Made by a program: the position numbers and the translations under genes | In this document: positions 8,809 to 18,859 of the stretch, piece after piece | How positions within the stretch are numbered: position 1 is the first letter of the stretch | Layout of the letters: each line of letters starts with the position of its first letter | Notes under the pieces: model-generated | Told to the model about the DNA's origin: nothing | The model's input: only the letters and a program-made list of their open reading frames with translations | Databases searched by the model: none | Virus record (IMG/VR): IMGVR_UViG_3300010396_000051 | Span: 1 to 56,086 of that record | Origin: a virus | Lineage: Duplodnaviria; Caudoviricetes | Reading direction: 5' to 3' (one strand) | DNA length: 56,086 nucleotides

Positions 8809-10493
8809 TAGTGAACTCCGATAATTCTTCCACTCGCGTCTCGATCTATCTGCACAGATCCTCCAAGAGCACCGCCGACTCCAGATTCTCCAATCGGCGT
8901 GTTGCCGCGGAACTGCTCTGCTACCCGTACCTCTTGGAGCAACTGATCGAGCCGCTTCTTCGCGTCGTCGGCGCTGGCAGATTGGAGGACGTTTGGAAAC
9001 TCAATCATCAGCCTTCGGATTCCAGCCTCCGTAGGACGGTTTCCGCGTGTAATCGGCGCCAGACCCGCGACCACTCCAACCGCCGCGTTGTAGAGCCTCA
9101 CAAACTCCTGCTCGTCCTTGTTGAGCGTTCCCGCCGCGATAGGCGCTGCAAGCGAAGTCAACAGTCCCGGCTTCTCCTGAGATGCGGCGAGAATAGGTGC
9201 AATTTTCTCACGCGAAAGTGTCGAGTCGAGCACCTTTAGGGATGGCGAGTTCTGGAGCTGTACCAGTTTGGCCGTCGCCTCATTGATGAGCAGTTTTTCC
9301 TTGGGAGTAAATGCACCCTGCTCCCATCCGTACTTTCTCGCCAGGTCAGCGGCAGGAGCCTTTGCCCTCTGCGGAATGTCTTTGATGTCTTTGCCGTCGA
9401 GGAGTTGATTTGCAAACTCCCTTACCTGTGGATTAATCCCCGGAGCGTCGGGCACGTGACCCTCTGCGTCCAGCTTCGGAGGAGCGAGCGGAGTGCCGCC
9501 AACCTGCGAAGGCTGGACCGGCTTCGCTCCCGTAGTCGGTCGTTTGGGAAGGATGGCCGCAACACCCGTTCTTGGAGCGGCGTTGGGCTGCGACTGCGGG
9601 GCTGGAAGAGTCTGCGGAGTGGTCGTCGTGCGGTTGCCGTACTGATCTACTGAAACGTTCCCTACCCGAGCGGGACCGATCGAAGGGGCTTGCGGGTTCG
9701 GAGAGCCTACGGATGGCTCGTAGAGTCTCTGATTGCCCGCTGTCTGGTAGCGCCCCTTGTCAGTGCCAAGCTCAAAGTATTCCTGCCCATTCCCGGCAAA
9801 GATGGGAAGCAGAAACATGCCATCGGGAATCTGGCTGGCGTTGATCTGGTTTCCGTTTGCATCCTTGAAAACCTTCCCGGCCGCCTGCATCGCAACGGCG
9901 TTCTGCTTACCCACGGCTCCACTGAAGTACGGAACAGGCCGCGCCGTAGAAGTGCCGGAAACCGCATTCCACCCTTCCGGTTCTTCTCCCACTTGGAACC
10001 ACTGGCGAGACTTCCCATCGGGGCTCGTGTATTCCTTGTAGGGAGCCTTACCGCTCTGCCTTTGTACTGCTGCGTCGGTGTCAGCCTGAAGCGTTCCGCC
10101 TTCAGGAACAGGGTTTGGCAAAGAAGACATCGGAGCCTGCGGTCCCTGCGCAAACGCACCGTTTGGGTGAATTGCCTTGCGCAGTTTTTCCATCAACGTC
10201 GGAGCGTGGCGGGGGTGCGAGTAGAGGTCAGATATAGCCTGCGCGTACTGCTGCTGCTGATCATTTGTTAAGGTTCCGTATTTGATACCCGTGGCGAGTT
10301 GATCATCTAAAATCTTAGCCTTTGCGTTGATCTCCTCATCTTCGAGTTTTTCCTTCTGCTTGCGCTGTTCAGCGTCAATCTGTGGAGCTTGGCCGGACTC
10401 GACTTGCGCCACACGTTCGAGCACAGGGACGGCCGCTTTGCCCGCTCGGGCAACGCCGGTACCCACGTCCTTCAAAATGTCGCCAACGCCCAT
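8808..10493 (-). CDS. Putative internal virion/ejection protein
   Basis: 561 aa, Gln/Pro/Ala-rich, downstream of nozzle gene. Confidence 0.55.
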   Translation of the reverse strand: MGVGDILKDVGTGVARAGKAAVPVLERVAQVESGQAPQIDAEQRKQKEKLEDEEINAKAKILDDQLATGIKYGTLTNDQQQQYAQAISDLYSHPRHAPTLMEKLRKAIHPNGAFAQGPQAPMSSLPNPVPEGGTLQADTDAAVQRQSGKAPYKEYTSPDGKSRQWFQVGEEPEGWNAVSGTSTARPVPYFSGAVGKQNAVAMQAAGKVFKDANGNQINASQIPDGMFLLPIFAGNGQEYFELGTDKGRYQTAGNQRLYEPSVGSPNPQAPSIGPARVGNVSVDQYGNRTTTTPQTLPAPQSQPNAAPRTGVAAILPKRPTTGAKPVQPSQVGGTPLAPPKLDAEGHVPDAPGINPQVREFANQLLDGKDIKDIPQRAKAPAADLARKYGWEQGAFTPKEKLLINEATAKLVQLQNSPSLKVLDSTLSREKIAPILAASQEKPGLLTSLAAPIAAGTLNKDEQEFVRLYNAAVGVVAGLAPITRGNRPTEAGIRRLMIEFPNVLQSASADDAKKRLDQLLQEVRVAEQFRGNTPIGESGVGGALGGSVQIDRDASGRIIGVH

Positions 10494-10494
10494 T

Positions 10495-10887
10495 TTAGCT
10501 ACTCGCGTCTACAAAGCTGATTGCCACCACGCACGCCGCGCTGCCGTCCACGTACCAGGCGTTCGCGTCAATCTCGCCCTCAGTGCAGCGGGAGTTCACC
10601 GGGAGAGCCACTGTGGTTCCCGACTGGATGATGAGCGCGGTGTTGTTCCCTTTGCCTGCCGAGGGTCCGTAGTTCACGTAGACTTCGCCGGAAGGCGTGG
10701 CGTCCACCGAGAACCCGATCTGCCGGCACGTCACCGTGTACGGAGGAGTCGCCGGAACGTTGAGCGACTGACTGCCGCTGGCGAGTTTGAGGTTCGCGGT
10801 GACTTTGATGGGAGTCGCCGGAGTGATCGTGATAACCCCTCCCGGTACAACCCCTCCAAACATCTTCTGAAAATTCGGAGCTACCAT
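10495..10887 (-). CDS. Small beta-rich virion protein
   Basis: 130 aa, tightly packed in structural operon. Confidence 0.5.
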   Translation of the reverse strand: MVAPNFQKMFGGVVPGGVITITPATPIKVTANLKLASGSQSLNVPATPPYTVTCRQIGFSVDATPSGEVYVNYGPSAGKGNNTALIIQSGTTVALPVNSRCTEGEIDANAWYVDGSAACVVAISFVDASS

Positions 10888-10895
10888 AAATCTCC

Positions 10896-11537
10896 TTACT
10901 GAGTTGCGTCGAAAATGCTCATGTCTGGGCTGGTGGGCTGCCCAAAGTCCTCAAGTCCTGCCGTCGATGGAGCAGAACCCATATCAAGGTTCGTCAACTG
11001 CTCGGGCTGAAATCCGCCTGCCGCTGGAGCACCACCCAGAAACGGCTCCGCAATGCTCGCCACGCCCGACGCGATGCCGCCCACGTCACTCGTCTGCCGT
11101 TGCCGGTTAGCTGTTGCAAGGTCGGCTTGCTTCGAGAGGTTCGTTGATCCCTGCCCAAGCAGGTTTTCTCCGCCTGCTGTCAGGCTGTCGGCCGCGCCTT
11201 TTTGCAGTCCACCAATGAGGCTGATAATGTTTCCGCGCTCGTTCGTTTGCGCGTTTTGCGTGGACGAGTTCGTTCCGCCGCCACGGTTGCCGAATTGCGC
11301 ATTCGTCAAGGCTTGCTCATTGACCTGCTGCTGCCCCGCTTTGATCTCTGGAGCGAGAGCCTGCGCAATCTTGGTTGGATCGCCAGAGAGGATGTCAGAA
11401 TCAAATCCAAGCCCCTGAGAGACGGAGTTCTCGCCGAGCGGATTTTCAAACGAGGAGAGGCTTTGAAGCCCCTGCTCCTCTTTCTGGGTGGGGTCACCGG
11501 AAAACAGATCAAACAGTCCGCTCGCAATGCTTCCCAT
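10896..11537 (-). CDS. Putative small ejection (DNA transfer) protein
   Basis: Gly/Ser/Gln-rich low-complexity helical protein (QFGNRGGG, GGIASGVAS); position like podovirus pilot proteins. Confidence 0.55.
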   Translation of the reverse strand: MGSIASGLFDLFSGDPTQKEEQGLQSLSSFENPLGENSVSQGLGFDSDILSGDPTKIAQALAPEIKAGQQQVNEQALTNAQFGNRGGGTNSSTQNAQTNERGNIISLIGGLQKGAADSLTAGGENLLGQGSTNLSKQADLATANRQRQTSDVGGIASGVASIAEPFLGGAPAAGGFQPEQLTNLDMGSAPSTAGLEDFGQPTSPDMSIFDATQ

Positions 11538-11557
11538 GTCAATTATCCTACCCTTCT

Positions 11558-12250
11558 TTAAGGCGTATGCACCCAATTAGTTATGATTCCGTCCGTGACG
11601 AACAAATCCGTGCTGCTTGAATCGAGGAACGGTCCCAAATGAATCGTCCCCGTTGCCCCGGCAGTCCTGAGAAGGCCGGAACCAGAGTCAACCGTGATGG
11701 TTTGATTATCCGGCTGGACGTAACCATAGCTTGAATTTGTCGCCAGTTTCGTTGCTCCACACCAGAAGTTCGCTCCATCGAAGTAGACAATGCCGAATCC
11801 GCCCGGAGGAATCGTGTTCTCGCCAAATACACTTCCCCCCACCGGGGCCAATGACACCATCGAGGATGAATCATTGTCGATGATCGTGAACCACGGGATG
11901 AGGACGGTGTTATCGAGGCTTACGATGACCGGCGATGCGTCACCAACGATGATCTTCGCGCCATTGTCGGCCTGCTGCGTCGTGTACGCCGTCACGCCGA
12001 GTTGATCGTTCACCACGCCGAGGCTGGAAATGATGGGAGGCGTAGACCCACCGCCACCCCCGGACGAACTGGAGGACGTGGAGGTGACAGTGGTCTTTTT
12101 GGCTTCCAACTGAGACTTGAGCGCAGCGATCGCCTGGTTGAGATCGACCACCCCTGAAGCCACGTAGCGATGCGCAGCAACTCTCCCCTCCGGTGATTCG
12201 AGGTCGAATGCGGGAAGGCGAACATTGATCGGATTGAGAGGAGAACTCAT
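11558..12250 (-). CDS. Putative tail-associated protein
   Basis: Short coiled coil, Ser/Gly linker, beta-rich C-terminus. Confidence 0.5.
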   Translation of the reverse strand: MSSPLNPINVRLPAFDLESPEGRVAAHRYVASGVVDLNQAIAALKSQLEAKKTTVTSTSSSSSGGGGGSTPPIISSLGVVNDQLGVTAYTTQQADNGAKIIVGDASPVIVSLDNTVLIPWFTIIDNDSSSMVSLAPVGGSVFGENTIPPGGFGIVYFDGANFWCGATKLATNSSYGYVQPDNQTITVDSGSGLLRTAGATGTIHLGPFLDSSSTDLFVTDGIITNWVHTP

Positions 12251-14955
12251 TCTTGTGGCCCTCTGCCGCCAGCAGGCCGGAACATCGGCAGCGGCTTGAA
12301 GGTTCCCTCATCGCCCCACGGCTTTGCAGAGAGCACGCATCCTTCGAGGTTTACGCGGAGAGTCGGGTCAGTGAAGTCGAACTTCGGCTGAAGCAGCTTC
12401 CATTTGTTTTGGGTCACTTTGGTCGTGAATTTAGTAATCTCACCACCGGTCGAGCCCAGAACAATCGGTTGCGGCGCGTAGCTACCGTTATTAGCGTCGG
12501 CAGCCGTGAATGAAACTGTGGCCCCGGAATCACATGCGTACTCAAATGTAGCTTCATAGGCGCTCATCCACCCCAATCCGCCGATGGCCGGTCCCGCTAC
12601 GATGCCTTCAATCGTCTCCCCGGAATTCGACAGCATCAGCCTCACGGTGCCGTCAGAACAGCCTACCAACGTTCCCTGCTGGCTCTCTCCTTCATTCGGA
12701 GCGTGGACGGTAGGCTGAGATCCTGCGTACTGATCCCATATCCATCCCTCTGCTCTTTCGTCAAAAACCCACTGATGTGGTGCCCCGTCCGTCCCGATGT
12801 GGTCGTAGTACATGTAGCCGTTCTGATAAGAGAACCGCTGCTTTTGCGGCTTCGAGTCGTCGGGCGGGAAGATCGTCACCCCGTTGCGCGTGATGGGCTG
12901 CGGAATGGATCCAGAGGCTCCAGTGCTCTCATGCGGGAACAGGGGGTAGAGGTCACCGTCTGTAATCGAGATCGAGGCTGCACCGCCGCGGCTCAAGTGG
13001 ATTCCGTCGTCTACCCGGAAATAGATTTTTCCCGACTTGGTGACCGCGAGGCACCGGGGCATAAATAGCCCTCTGTCGATGCTCGTCGCCTGAAGCGTCC
13101 ATGTCGAGCCAGAAGTACCCGTCACGGTCGCCAGGGCATTGAAGAAGTTGGGATAGATGAACCATGCTCTCTTAATCGAGAACAGTACACCCAAACCACC
13201 CGACATGGTTCCGTTCACCAGCGGCTCGCCCGGGTCGGTCACGTCCATCTGGTTTGTGTCCGGCCAGGAGTCAAGGTTTGAACCGGCACACCAGTAGAGC
13301 GTTCCCGGCCTGTTTGGGTCACCCACGCCAAAGACGTAGTTGACGTTATCGGTGACACCGAAGATGTACGCCACCGGCTGCGCTGCCAGGTCAGGTTCTG
13401 CGATGTTCCAGATGAGATTCGTACCGCCCGGAATCTTCGGGACGTTCACATCGTTGTTCGAGAAGTCCCAGAGGGTCGGAGACGATGGCCGGCGCACGGC
13501 AGTGTAGGCAATTTGTGTAGATGGTCCGATGATAATGATGGTCCCCGGCAGCCAGCGGGTGTTGAAGTGGTCCCCTGAGACGTAAGTCAACGTCTGCGTC
13601 GAGGAATCGACATTGATGACTCCCGAGCGGGGAAGGTCAATCGAAGGCACCGGCTCGTAATTGAAGAACTCGAGTTCCGGGTTGTTCGCCGCCGCAAGGT
13701 CAGAGAGGGTGTCGGTGAAGACTGTTGCCGTGTTTGGGCCTGTCCCGACGTAGGTCGGATTCGCCAGTCCTCCACCCTGCCGGAAGAAGTCGATTGCATC
13801 TACCTGCGGGTCAGGAGACGGCGCCGGAGTGATGTCGGCGTTCTGTGTCGAGTAGGAGACGATGACCTTCATAAAATTGATGAAGGAGCGGTCACTGCCT
13901 CCCGAGGACTGCGTGGTGATGGTGACGCCGAAGCCGAAGGACGGATCGTTGACGATGGCCGGGGTAAGACTCGCTCCCCACGGGTCGTTCGATCCGCCAA
14001 TGAACGTGTCCACAGCGAAAGACTGATTCTGCACGTCCGGAAACTTTGGGTTCCCGATGGGGTTGCCGAGATAGTAGAGCGAGACTCTTGAGAGAATGCC
14101 GGTCCCGGCAAACTGACCGAGCCAGTTCAAATCAGCCGTCACGCCGTCGATGGTGACGTTCGCAGGGACCGAGAGCGAGGGACCGAAGCCAACGGCAATG
14201 ATGGGGTCGGTGATGATGCCAACCGGAATACCCTTCGTCCTGATCTGAGCGCCGTTGCCTTCATACTGCGTAGCGTTGACGGAGATGTTCGGGTTGATGA
14301 CTCCGCCAGTGGCCGCAATTTCGGTCGCAGAGGGGCTGGACTGCGAGTTTGTCCCCGGAAACGATACAGGGGATGGATTCGACCTTGCTCCCGTCTCCTT
14401 GGCCCTGTAGCGGTAGAAGTAGAAAATCTGTGATGGACCGGAGCCTCCACCGGGGAACGTCACGACGGGAGCCTGCTGAGGCTCCGCAATGCCCATCTTC
14501 CGCGAGCGCCCGTCTGAGCGAACCTTAATCATCCCCGTGCAAGGGAATCCCAACGTCATGCCGGAATCGACAAGGACGTTCGGATACGGTGCGGAGTCTC
14601 CGATGTAAGCCCACGGCTGGACTGAAGTGTTTGGCCGGAACGGGACGATGGAGACAGGGTTCCCGCTCAAGCCTTCAGCCACCAAGGCTGAATCAGCGAA
14701 GATCGAGCCTGAGTCCGTCGAGATGATTCGAACGAATCCCGAAGGAGGTCCGGCAGGGGTCAGGTCGTTCATCCGGCAGATAGCATTCACGGAGGAGTCA
14801 ACCGTAACCACCGGATCACCAAGCCCATTGCGAAGAACGAAACCACCTTCTACGTATGCTCTCGTGTTAATCGCAAGCGCAGTTTTCCCCGGCTCTAATC
14901 TGTTGATCGGAGCTGTGAGGTTTATCCCCCTGAAGTTATCGGGTCGCTGGGCCAT
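12247..14955 (-). CDS. Putative tail nozzle/hub protein (short-tail type)
   Basis: ~902 aa; N-terminal NFRGINLTAPINRL..TALAIN pattern typical of nozzle proteins; follows adaptor genes. Confidence 0.6.
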   Translation of the reverse strand: MAQRPDNFRGINLTAPINRLEPGKTALAINTRAYVEGGFVLRNGLGDPVVTVDSSVNAICRMNDLTPAGPPSGFVRIISTDSGSIFADSALVAEGLSGNPVSIVPFRPNTSVQPWAYIGDSAPYPNVLVDSGMTLGFPCTGMIKVRSDGRSRKMGIAEPQQAPVVTFPGGGSGPSQIFYFYRYRAKETGARSNPSPVSFPGTNSQSSPSATEIAATGGVINPNISVNATQYEGNGAQIRTKGIPVGIITDPIIAVGFGPSLSVPANVTIDGVTADLNWLGQFAGTGILSRVSLYYLGNPIGNPKFPDVQNQSFAVDTFIGGSNDPWGASLTPAIVNDPSFGFGVTITTQSSGGSDRSFINFMKVIVSYSTQNADITPAPSPDPQVDAIDFFRQGGGLANPTYVGTGPNTATVFTDTLSDLAAANNPELEFFNYEPVPSIDLPRSGVINVDSSTQTLTYVSGDHFNTRWLPGTIIIIGPSTQIAYTAVRRPSSPTLWDFSNNDVNVPKIPGGTNLIWNIAEPDLAAQPVAYIFGVTDNVNYVFGVGDPNRPGTLYWCAGSNLDSWPDTNQMDVTDPGEPLVNGTMSGGLGVLFSIKRAWFIYPNFFNALATVTGTSGSTWTLQATSIDRGLFMPRCLAVTKSGKIYFRVDDGIHLSRGGAASISITDGDLYPLFPHESTGASGSIPQPITRNGVTIFPPDDSKPQKQRFSYQNGYMYYDHIGTDGAPHQWVFDERAEGWIWDQYAGSQPTVHAPNEGESQQGTLVGCSDGTVRLMLSNSGETIEGIVAGPAIGGLGWMSAYEATFEYACDSGATVSFTAADANNGSYAPQPIVLGSTGGEITKFTTKVTQNKWKLLQPKFDFTDPTLRVNLEGCVLSAKPWGDEGTFKPLPMFRPAGGRGPQE

Positions 14956-16285
14956 TGTCTTTCTCAAACCGGGGGTCTAATTCATCTCCTCTAAGACCTT
15001 CCATGAGGAGTTGAGGACGGAAGACACCGAGGGCTGCATACTGTCTGTTCTTCTGGCGGCAATAAGCCTCAAACTGATCGAGGAGCGGGATGGTCGCGGT
15101 GAAGTCGCGGCCGCCGAGTTTGAAGCTGGCGAGGTGTTGGGAGTAGTTCAGGACCGCATCGACGCCCGCCTGGTCGAGTTGCACGAAGTCGCCGTCCACT
15201 GAAGGCAAGGGAGCGTTCCCGACCACAGTCAGAACTGAGGAGACGGTAGCGCCGTTGAAGTTGGTTCCGGTGTTGAACGGCGCGAGTGCCACGTAGTCCA
15301 CCCCGCCGACTACGATGTTCGGATCGTCAACCGGCTGGCGCTGCTCCCAGTTCTGGAGCCATGCGTCGATTTCCTTGAACGATGGCGTGTCTACCGGGAT
15401 TGAAGCGATCGAAGACTCGATGAGCCACGGAAGATTCAGCATCGCCTTCTTACCCTGCTCGTATCGCTTGAGACAGTATTTAGCTCTCAGGGAGTCCCGG
15501 CCTTCAGGAGAGTTCGCCAGCACGTCCGCTAGAGCACCGTACATCGCAACCCATGTCCAGTCGTTCGGCAGGCCCACCACGGTCGCCGCGGGAGGCGCAA
15601 AGGCTGCTCCGGAGTTCAGAACAAGCATGTCCCACGTTCCCGGCTGGTTCGGAGGACAACTCACGTCAAACTCCAGCGGAGCGTTCGCGGTAATCATCCA
15701 CGAGTCCGGCTGGCCGAATTCGATGTTCAGCAAGGGACCGAAAGCGTTGGCTGTGCTCACATCCTCCCGGCCAAGCGCGTAAGGCATTCCGTAGGTCGAG
15801 TCCGCCTGAATCCAGCGCACCCGAAAAAGGTCGAGAACGTTGTTTGGCAGTGCGGAGCGGACTGAGGACGTCGGAGAGGATTGTGTAATCCGCTGCACAT
15901 TGGCGGCTGATTGGAGGAGCAGTTCATCCCGGCGATACTGAAGCGCCGCCGACAGGATGCCGATGTTGTACTGGTTTGTTCCAGTCCACGTCCCGCCGCT
16001 CATCGGCTCCATGAGCATTGCTTCCATCTGTTTGTAGATATCGTCGTCGGTGACGGTCCTTTGGCGTGGGGAACCCATGACGTCGAGGGATTTCCAGGTA
16101 TCCCCGGCGTTGAAGTCGAACTTATAATCGACGTTCCAGATGTTCGCCTGAGCATTCAGGACTTGCAATGCTTCCTTGACGTAAATTCCGGCCTCGGTGT
16201 TGGTCGTAAAAATGCCAGAGGGGTCTTGCAGGCGGGAGAGGAGTTCCGCCTTCAACGCGCCGAATGTGAGGTACGCATAACTCAC
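14936..16285 (-). CDS. Putative head-tail adaptor protein
   Basis: LTFGALKAELLSRLQD N-terminus; VAMYGALA; context. Confidence 0.55.
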   Translation of the reverse strand: MSYAYLTFGALKAELLSRLQDPSGIFTTNTEAGIYVKEALQVLNAQANIWNVDYKFDFNAGDTWKSLDVMGSPRQRTVTDDDIYKQMEAMLMEPMSGGTWTGTNQYNIGILSAALQYRRDELLLQSAANVQRITQSSPTSSVRSALPNNVLDLFRVRWIQADSTYGMPYALGREDVSTANAFGPLLNIEFGQPDSWMITANAPLEFDVSCPPNQPGTWDMLVLNSGAAFAPPAATVVGLPNDWTWVAMYGALADVLANSPEGRDSLRAKYCLKRYEQGKKAMLNLPWLIESSIASIPVDTPSFKEIDAWLQNWEQRQPVDDPNIVVGGVDYVALAPFNTGTNFNGATVSSVLTVVGNAPLPSVDGDFVQLDQAGVDAVLNYSQHLASFKLGGRDFTATIPLLDQFEAYCRQKNRQYAALGVFRPQLLMEGLRGDELDPRFEKDNGPATR

Positions 16286-16542
16286 TTTGCCGCTCTTTTA
16301 CGCTGGCCTTTCTTTCTGGCTGTCTTCTTCGTGGACCCGAGTTTCGGGTTGGCGGAAGCCTTTGTTTGAGCCGCCTTGCGAAACGATTCGTTGGCTTCTT
16401 TAACCATGCCTTCGTCCGCACCCTTTGCTTGCTCCTTCGCCTCTTCCTTCTCGCCGCCCGTGTACTTGCGATATGCACGCTTGACTCTGCCTACGGTGCT
16501 GTCGAGAAGATCGTCAACAATCGCTGATCCAGTGCTGCTCAT
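16282..16542 (-). CDS. Small protein with basic C-terminus
   Basis: KKTARKKGQRKRAAK; 4-nt overlaps with neighbours. Confidence 0.65.
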   Translation of the reverse strand: MSSTGSAIVDDLLDSTVGRVKRAYRKYTGGEKEEAKEQAKGADEGMVKEANESFRKAAQTKASANPKLGSTKKTARKKGQRKRAAK

Positions 16543-16736
16543 CTCTTTTTCCTTCCTGCTCGCTTTCTAGCAATAGCTCTCATGTTTTGCGCGAATATGG
16601 CTTTCTTCTTCATCTTTCCGCCTAGCTTCTTGGCGCGTGCAATCTTCTTCGGAGTGGCTTTCCCGAAACTGCCGAGAGTGCCTTTGGCTTTCATGCGAGC
16701 CGTTGCTTTCTGAATGAAGTGGTTTTTCTTCTTCAT
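16539..16736 (-). CDS. Small Lys/Arg-rich protein
   Basis: MKKKNHFIQKA...KRAGRKKR; GGAGG RBS. Confidence 0.7.
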   Translation of the reverse strand: MKKKNHFIQKATARMKAKGTLGSFGKATPKKIARAKKLGGKMKKKAIFAQNMRAIARKRAGRKKR

Positions 16737-17740
16737 CGCCACCCTCCCATGTTTGCTTTCCCCGCCGTCGAGTTGAAATACGGCATTAGGCCGTTACAAT
16801 TCGCCTTCATTTGCACCATGTACGAATCCACTGCATCGCGGTCCATCAGGCGCAACGTCTTCAGGCGCGTGAGAAAGTCGGATTCGGAATCCTTTTTGAG
16901 TCCGAGGAAGTTCCCGACAGAGCCCTTCGCCGCCATGATGTCCCGGCGTGCTTCCGCATCGCGGTAGGCCCACGTCAGAGCCTTTTGCACCACCACCTCT
17001 TCATCAATCGGGTCGGGAAGGGTGTCGTTGTTGTTGACCAGATACGGCGCTTCGGCCACGTAGTAGGTCTGGTAAGAAATCTTCGTTTGAGGGTTCGGGT
17101 AGAGTTCGAACAACTGCTGGCCGAGAGTCGCGGAAGCGTTCGGTGTCCCCGCTCCGCGCTGATCCTGGCCAAGCCCCAAAACCATCGTCGGGTTCGAGGT
17201 GTAAAGCCGCGCCGGGTCCGCGAGGTCGATGGTTCTCCGAGGAGTCCAGATGTCGAGCGACCAGACGTTGAACATATCCGCAACCGTGAGCCAGCGTTTG
17301 AATCTGGGAGGTGCAGGGATGTACGCCTGAAACATCATGTATCCGACGTTCGAGAAGTTCGGCAGAGGGTCGATGAATGGACGGTCCAGCGTCAGAACCA
17401 CCGCGGCCGGGTTTGTCGTGTCCATCGCAATAATGGAGTAGATCGAGAACCCTTGAGCGCGAATTTGCTGGAGTGTAGGAGCCCAATAGAACGGAAGCGC
17501 CTGCCATGCCGCGGAAGCCGTCGCATCCCCAATCATCTGATTCGATCCAAGGAACGGCACGGAGATGGTCCCCGCATCGGTCAGCGCAGGCGTAGAGAAG
17601 CCTCCCTGCCCCAACTGGAATGACCAGAGACACGAGTCCTGCACGTACTTCCAAGCGCGGTTGATAAGCTCTCCGGCGCGGATTCTCGACCCTGCCGGGA
17701 TAAGTTGTGCCACCTCGGACTTCATATCAACGAAGGCCAT
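16733..17740 (-). CDS. Putative head-tail adaptor protein
   Basis: LINRAWKYVQDSCLWSF and FELYPNP motifs typical of adaptors; GGAG RBS. Confidence 0.6.
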   Translation of the reverse strand: MAFVDMKSEVAQLIPAGSRIRAGELINRAWKYVQDSCLWSFQLGQGGFSTPALTDAGTISVPFLGSNQMIGDATASAAWQALPFYWAPTLQQIRAQGFSIYSIIAMDTTNPAAVVLTLDRPFIDPLPNFSNVGYMMFQAYIPAPPRFKRWLTVADMFNVWSLDIWTPRRTIDLADPARLYTSNPTMVLGLGQDQRGAGTPNASATLGQQLFELYPNPQTKISYQTYYVAEAPYLVNNNDTLPDPIDEEVVVQKALTWAYRDAEARRDIMAAKGSVGNFLGLKKDSESDFLTRLKTLRLMDRDAVDSYMVQMKANCNGLMPYFNSTAGKANMGGWR

Positions 17741-17750
17741 GTCGCTCCAT

Positions 17751-17787
17751 AAAAAAGGGGGCCGAGGCGATTTAAGCCTCTAGCCCC
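17751..17787 (-). terminator. Intrinsic terminator after capsid/decoration genes
   Basis: GGGGC-TA-GAGGC loop GCCTC-G-GCCCC followed by TTTTTT on minus strand. Confidence 0.75.
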
Positions 17788-17809
17788 ATTAGGCCGCACG
17801 AAAACTCGG

Positions 17810-18148
17810 TCAGTAGCCGATTGCTGAAAGCCTCACTGTGAACGTTGAAAGATTCACTGCCGCGGCAACTTCGGCGCCAGTTGACTGCACGATCCAGACC
17901 AGACGCCACCCGGTCACACCGTTCTGCAACGGCAGAGGGCGAGTGACGTAGGTGTTGCCGTGGTCGCATGAACCGATGAGGGTCAGGATGGTATTCGGGA
18001 ACCCGAAAATCTTGGGGTCGATCGAATCGCCGCCCTGCACGTAAGACGTTGGGCCTTTGTAATCGACGGCCCCGAAAAGGTGACCGCCGAATACGTCCTG
18101 ATTGTTGAACGGCCCTTGATTGACCGTGCTACCTACGCCTTGCGCCAT
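17810..18148 (-). CDS. Putative capsid decoration protein
   Basis: GPTSYVQGG..EVAAAVNLS pattern; second gene after the capsid gene, before terminator. Confidence 0.55.
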   Translation of the reverse strand: MAQGVGSTVNQGPFNNQDVFGGHLFGAVDYKGPTSYVQGGDSIDPKIFGFPNTILTLIGSCDHGNTYVTRPLPLQNGVTGWRLVWIVQSTGAEVAAAVNLSTFTVRLSAIGY

Positions 18149-18151
18149 GAC

Positions 18152-18829
18152 TTAAACCCCCTGGTTGCCGACACGGATTCTCACCGCATCCACCCAGACC
18201 ACACAGCCGTTTGCAGTCGATGGAACCGTTGCCGCCACGCCAAGCGTAGTAGCGTCCACCGTGTTCGAGTTGTTCGACGTGAACCCGGAATTGGTCGAGC
18301 CGTTGTAGCTGACCGAGTTTCCGATTGTGGTTCCGGTTGCCGTCGCAATGTTGACCTTGACGCGCCCGCCGCCGACAAAGATGAAGCACCAGTTGCCGGG
18401 AGTCGGAGCCGTCGCCACGCCGCCAACCGTCGCCGGGTTGATGAACACACCCGCCGCGAGAGAGGCTGCCGACTGATTCGTCACCTGGTCGTAAGTCGTG
18501 ACGCTCAGATTGTCGTAATCGGACTCAGGAATGGATCCAACCGTCGCGCCGGAGTCAAGCCGGATGTACGCGGCCATGCCTGCCAGTGCATTCGCGGCTG
18601 TCGCGCCGGAGTCGAGAAGCACCCACTGGTACGCACCGTCGAAGAGAGTTGTGCCGGGAGCCGCGAGACTCTGCGCTTCCGAGGTGCCAAGCTGCACCAC
18701 TTTCCCCGGTGCAAGGCCGCTCGGATACACGTTGCCGTAGGCGTCCCCCTGTCCTGAAGGAGACGTGGAGTTGCACGTGTTAAGAAAACCGGGTACAAAA
18801 ACTCCCGCTGCTGTCGGTAAATTCGGCAT
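18152..18829 (-). CDS. Putative capsid cement/decoration protein
   Basis: Ala/Gly/Thr-rich beta protein directly after the capsid gene; AGGAG RBS. Confidence 0.55.
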   Translation of the reverse strand: MPNLPTAAGVFVPGFLNTCNSTSPSGQGDAYGNVYPSGLAPGKVVQLGTSEAQSLAAPGTTLFDGAYQWVLLDSGATAANALAGMAAYIRLDSGATVGSIPESDYDNLSVTTYDQVTNQSAASLAAGVFINPATVGGVATAPTPGNWCFIFVGGGRVKVNIATATGTTIGNSVSYNGSTNSGFTSNNSNTVDATTLGVAATVPSTANGCVVWVDAVRIRVGNQGV

Positions 18830-18859
18830 TTCTGTCTCCTAGCCAGTTCAAAACAAAAA

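Noticed and set aside
7426-14955. Tape measure, tail tube or sheath genes
   Set aside because: None recognisable; gene order fits a short-tailed virion with ejection proteins
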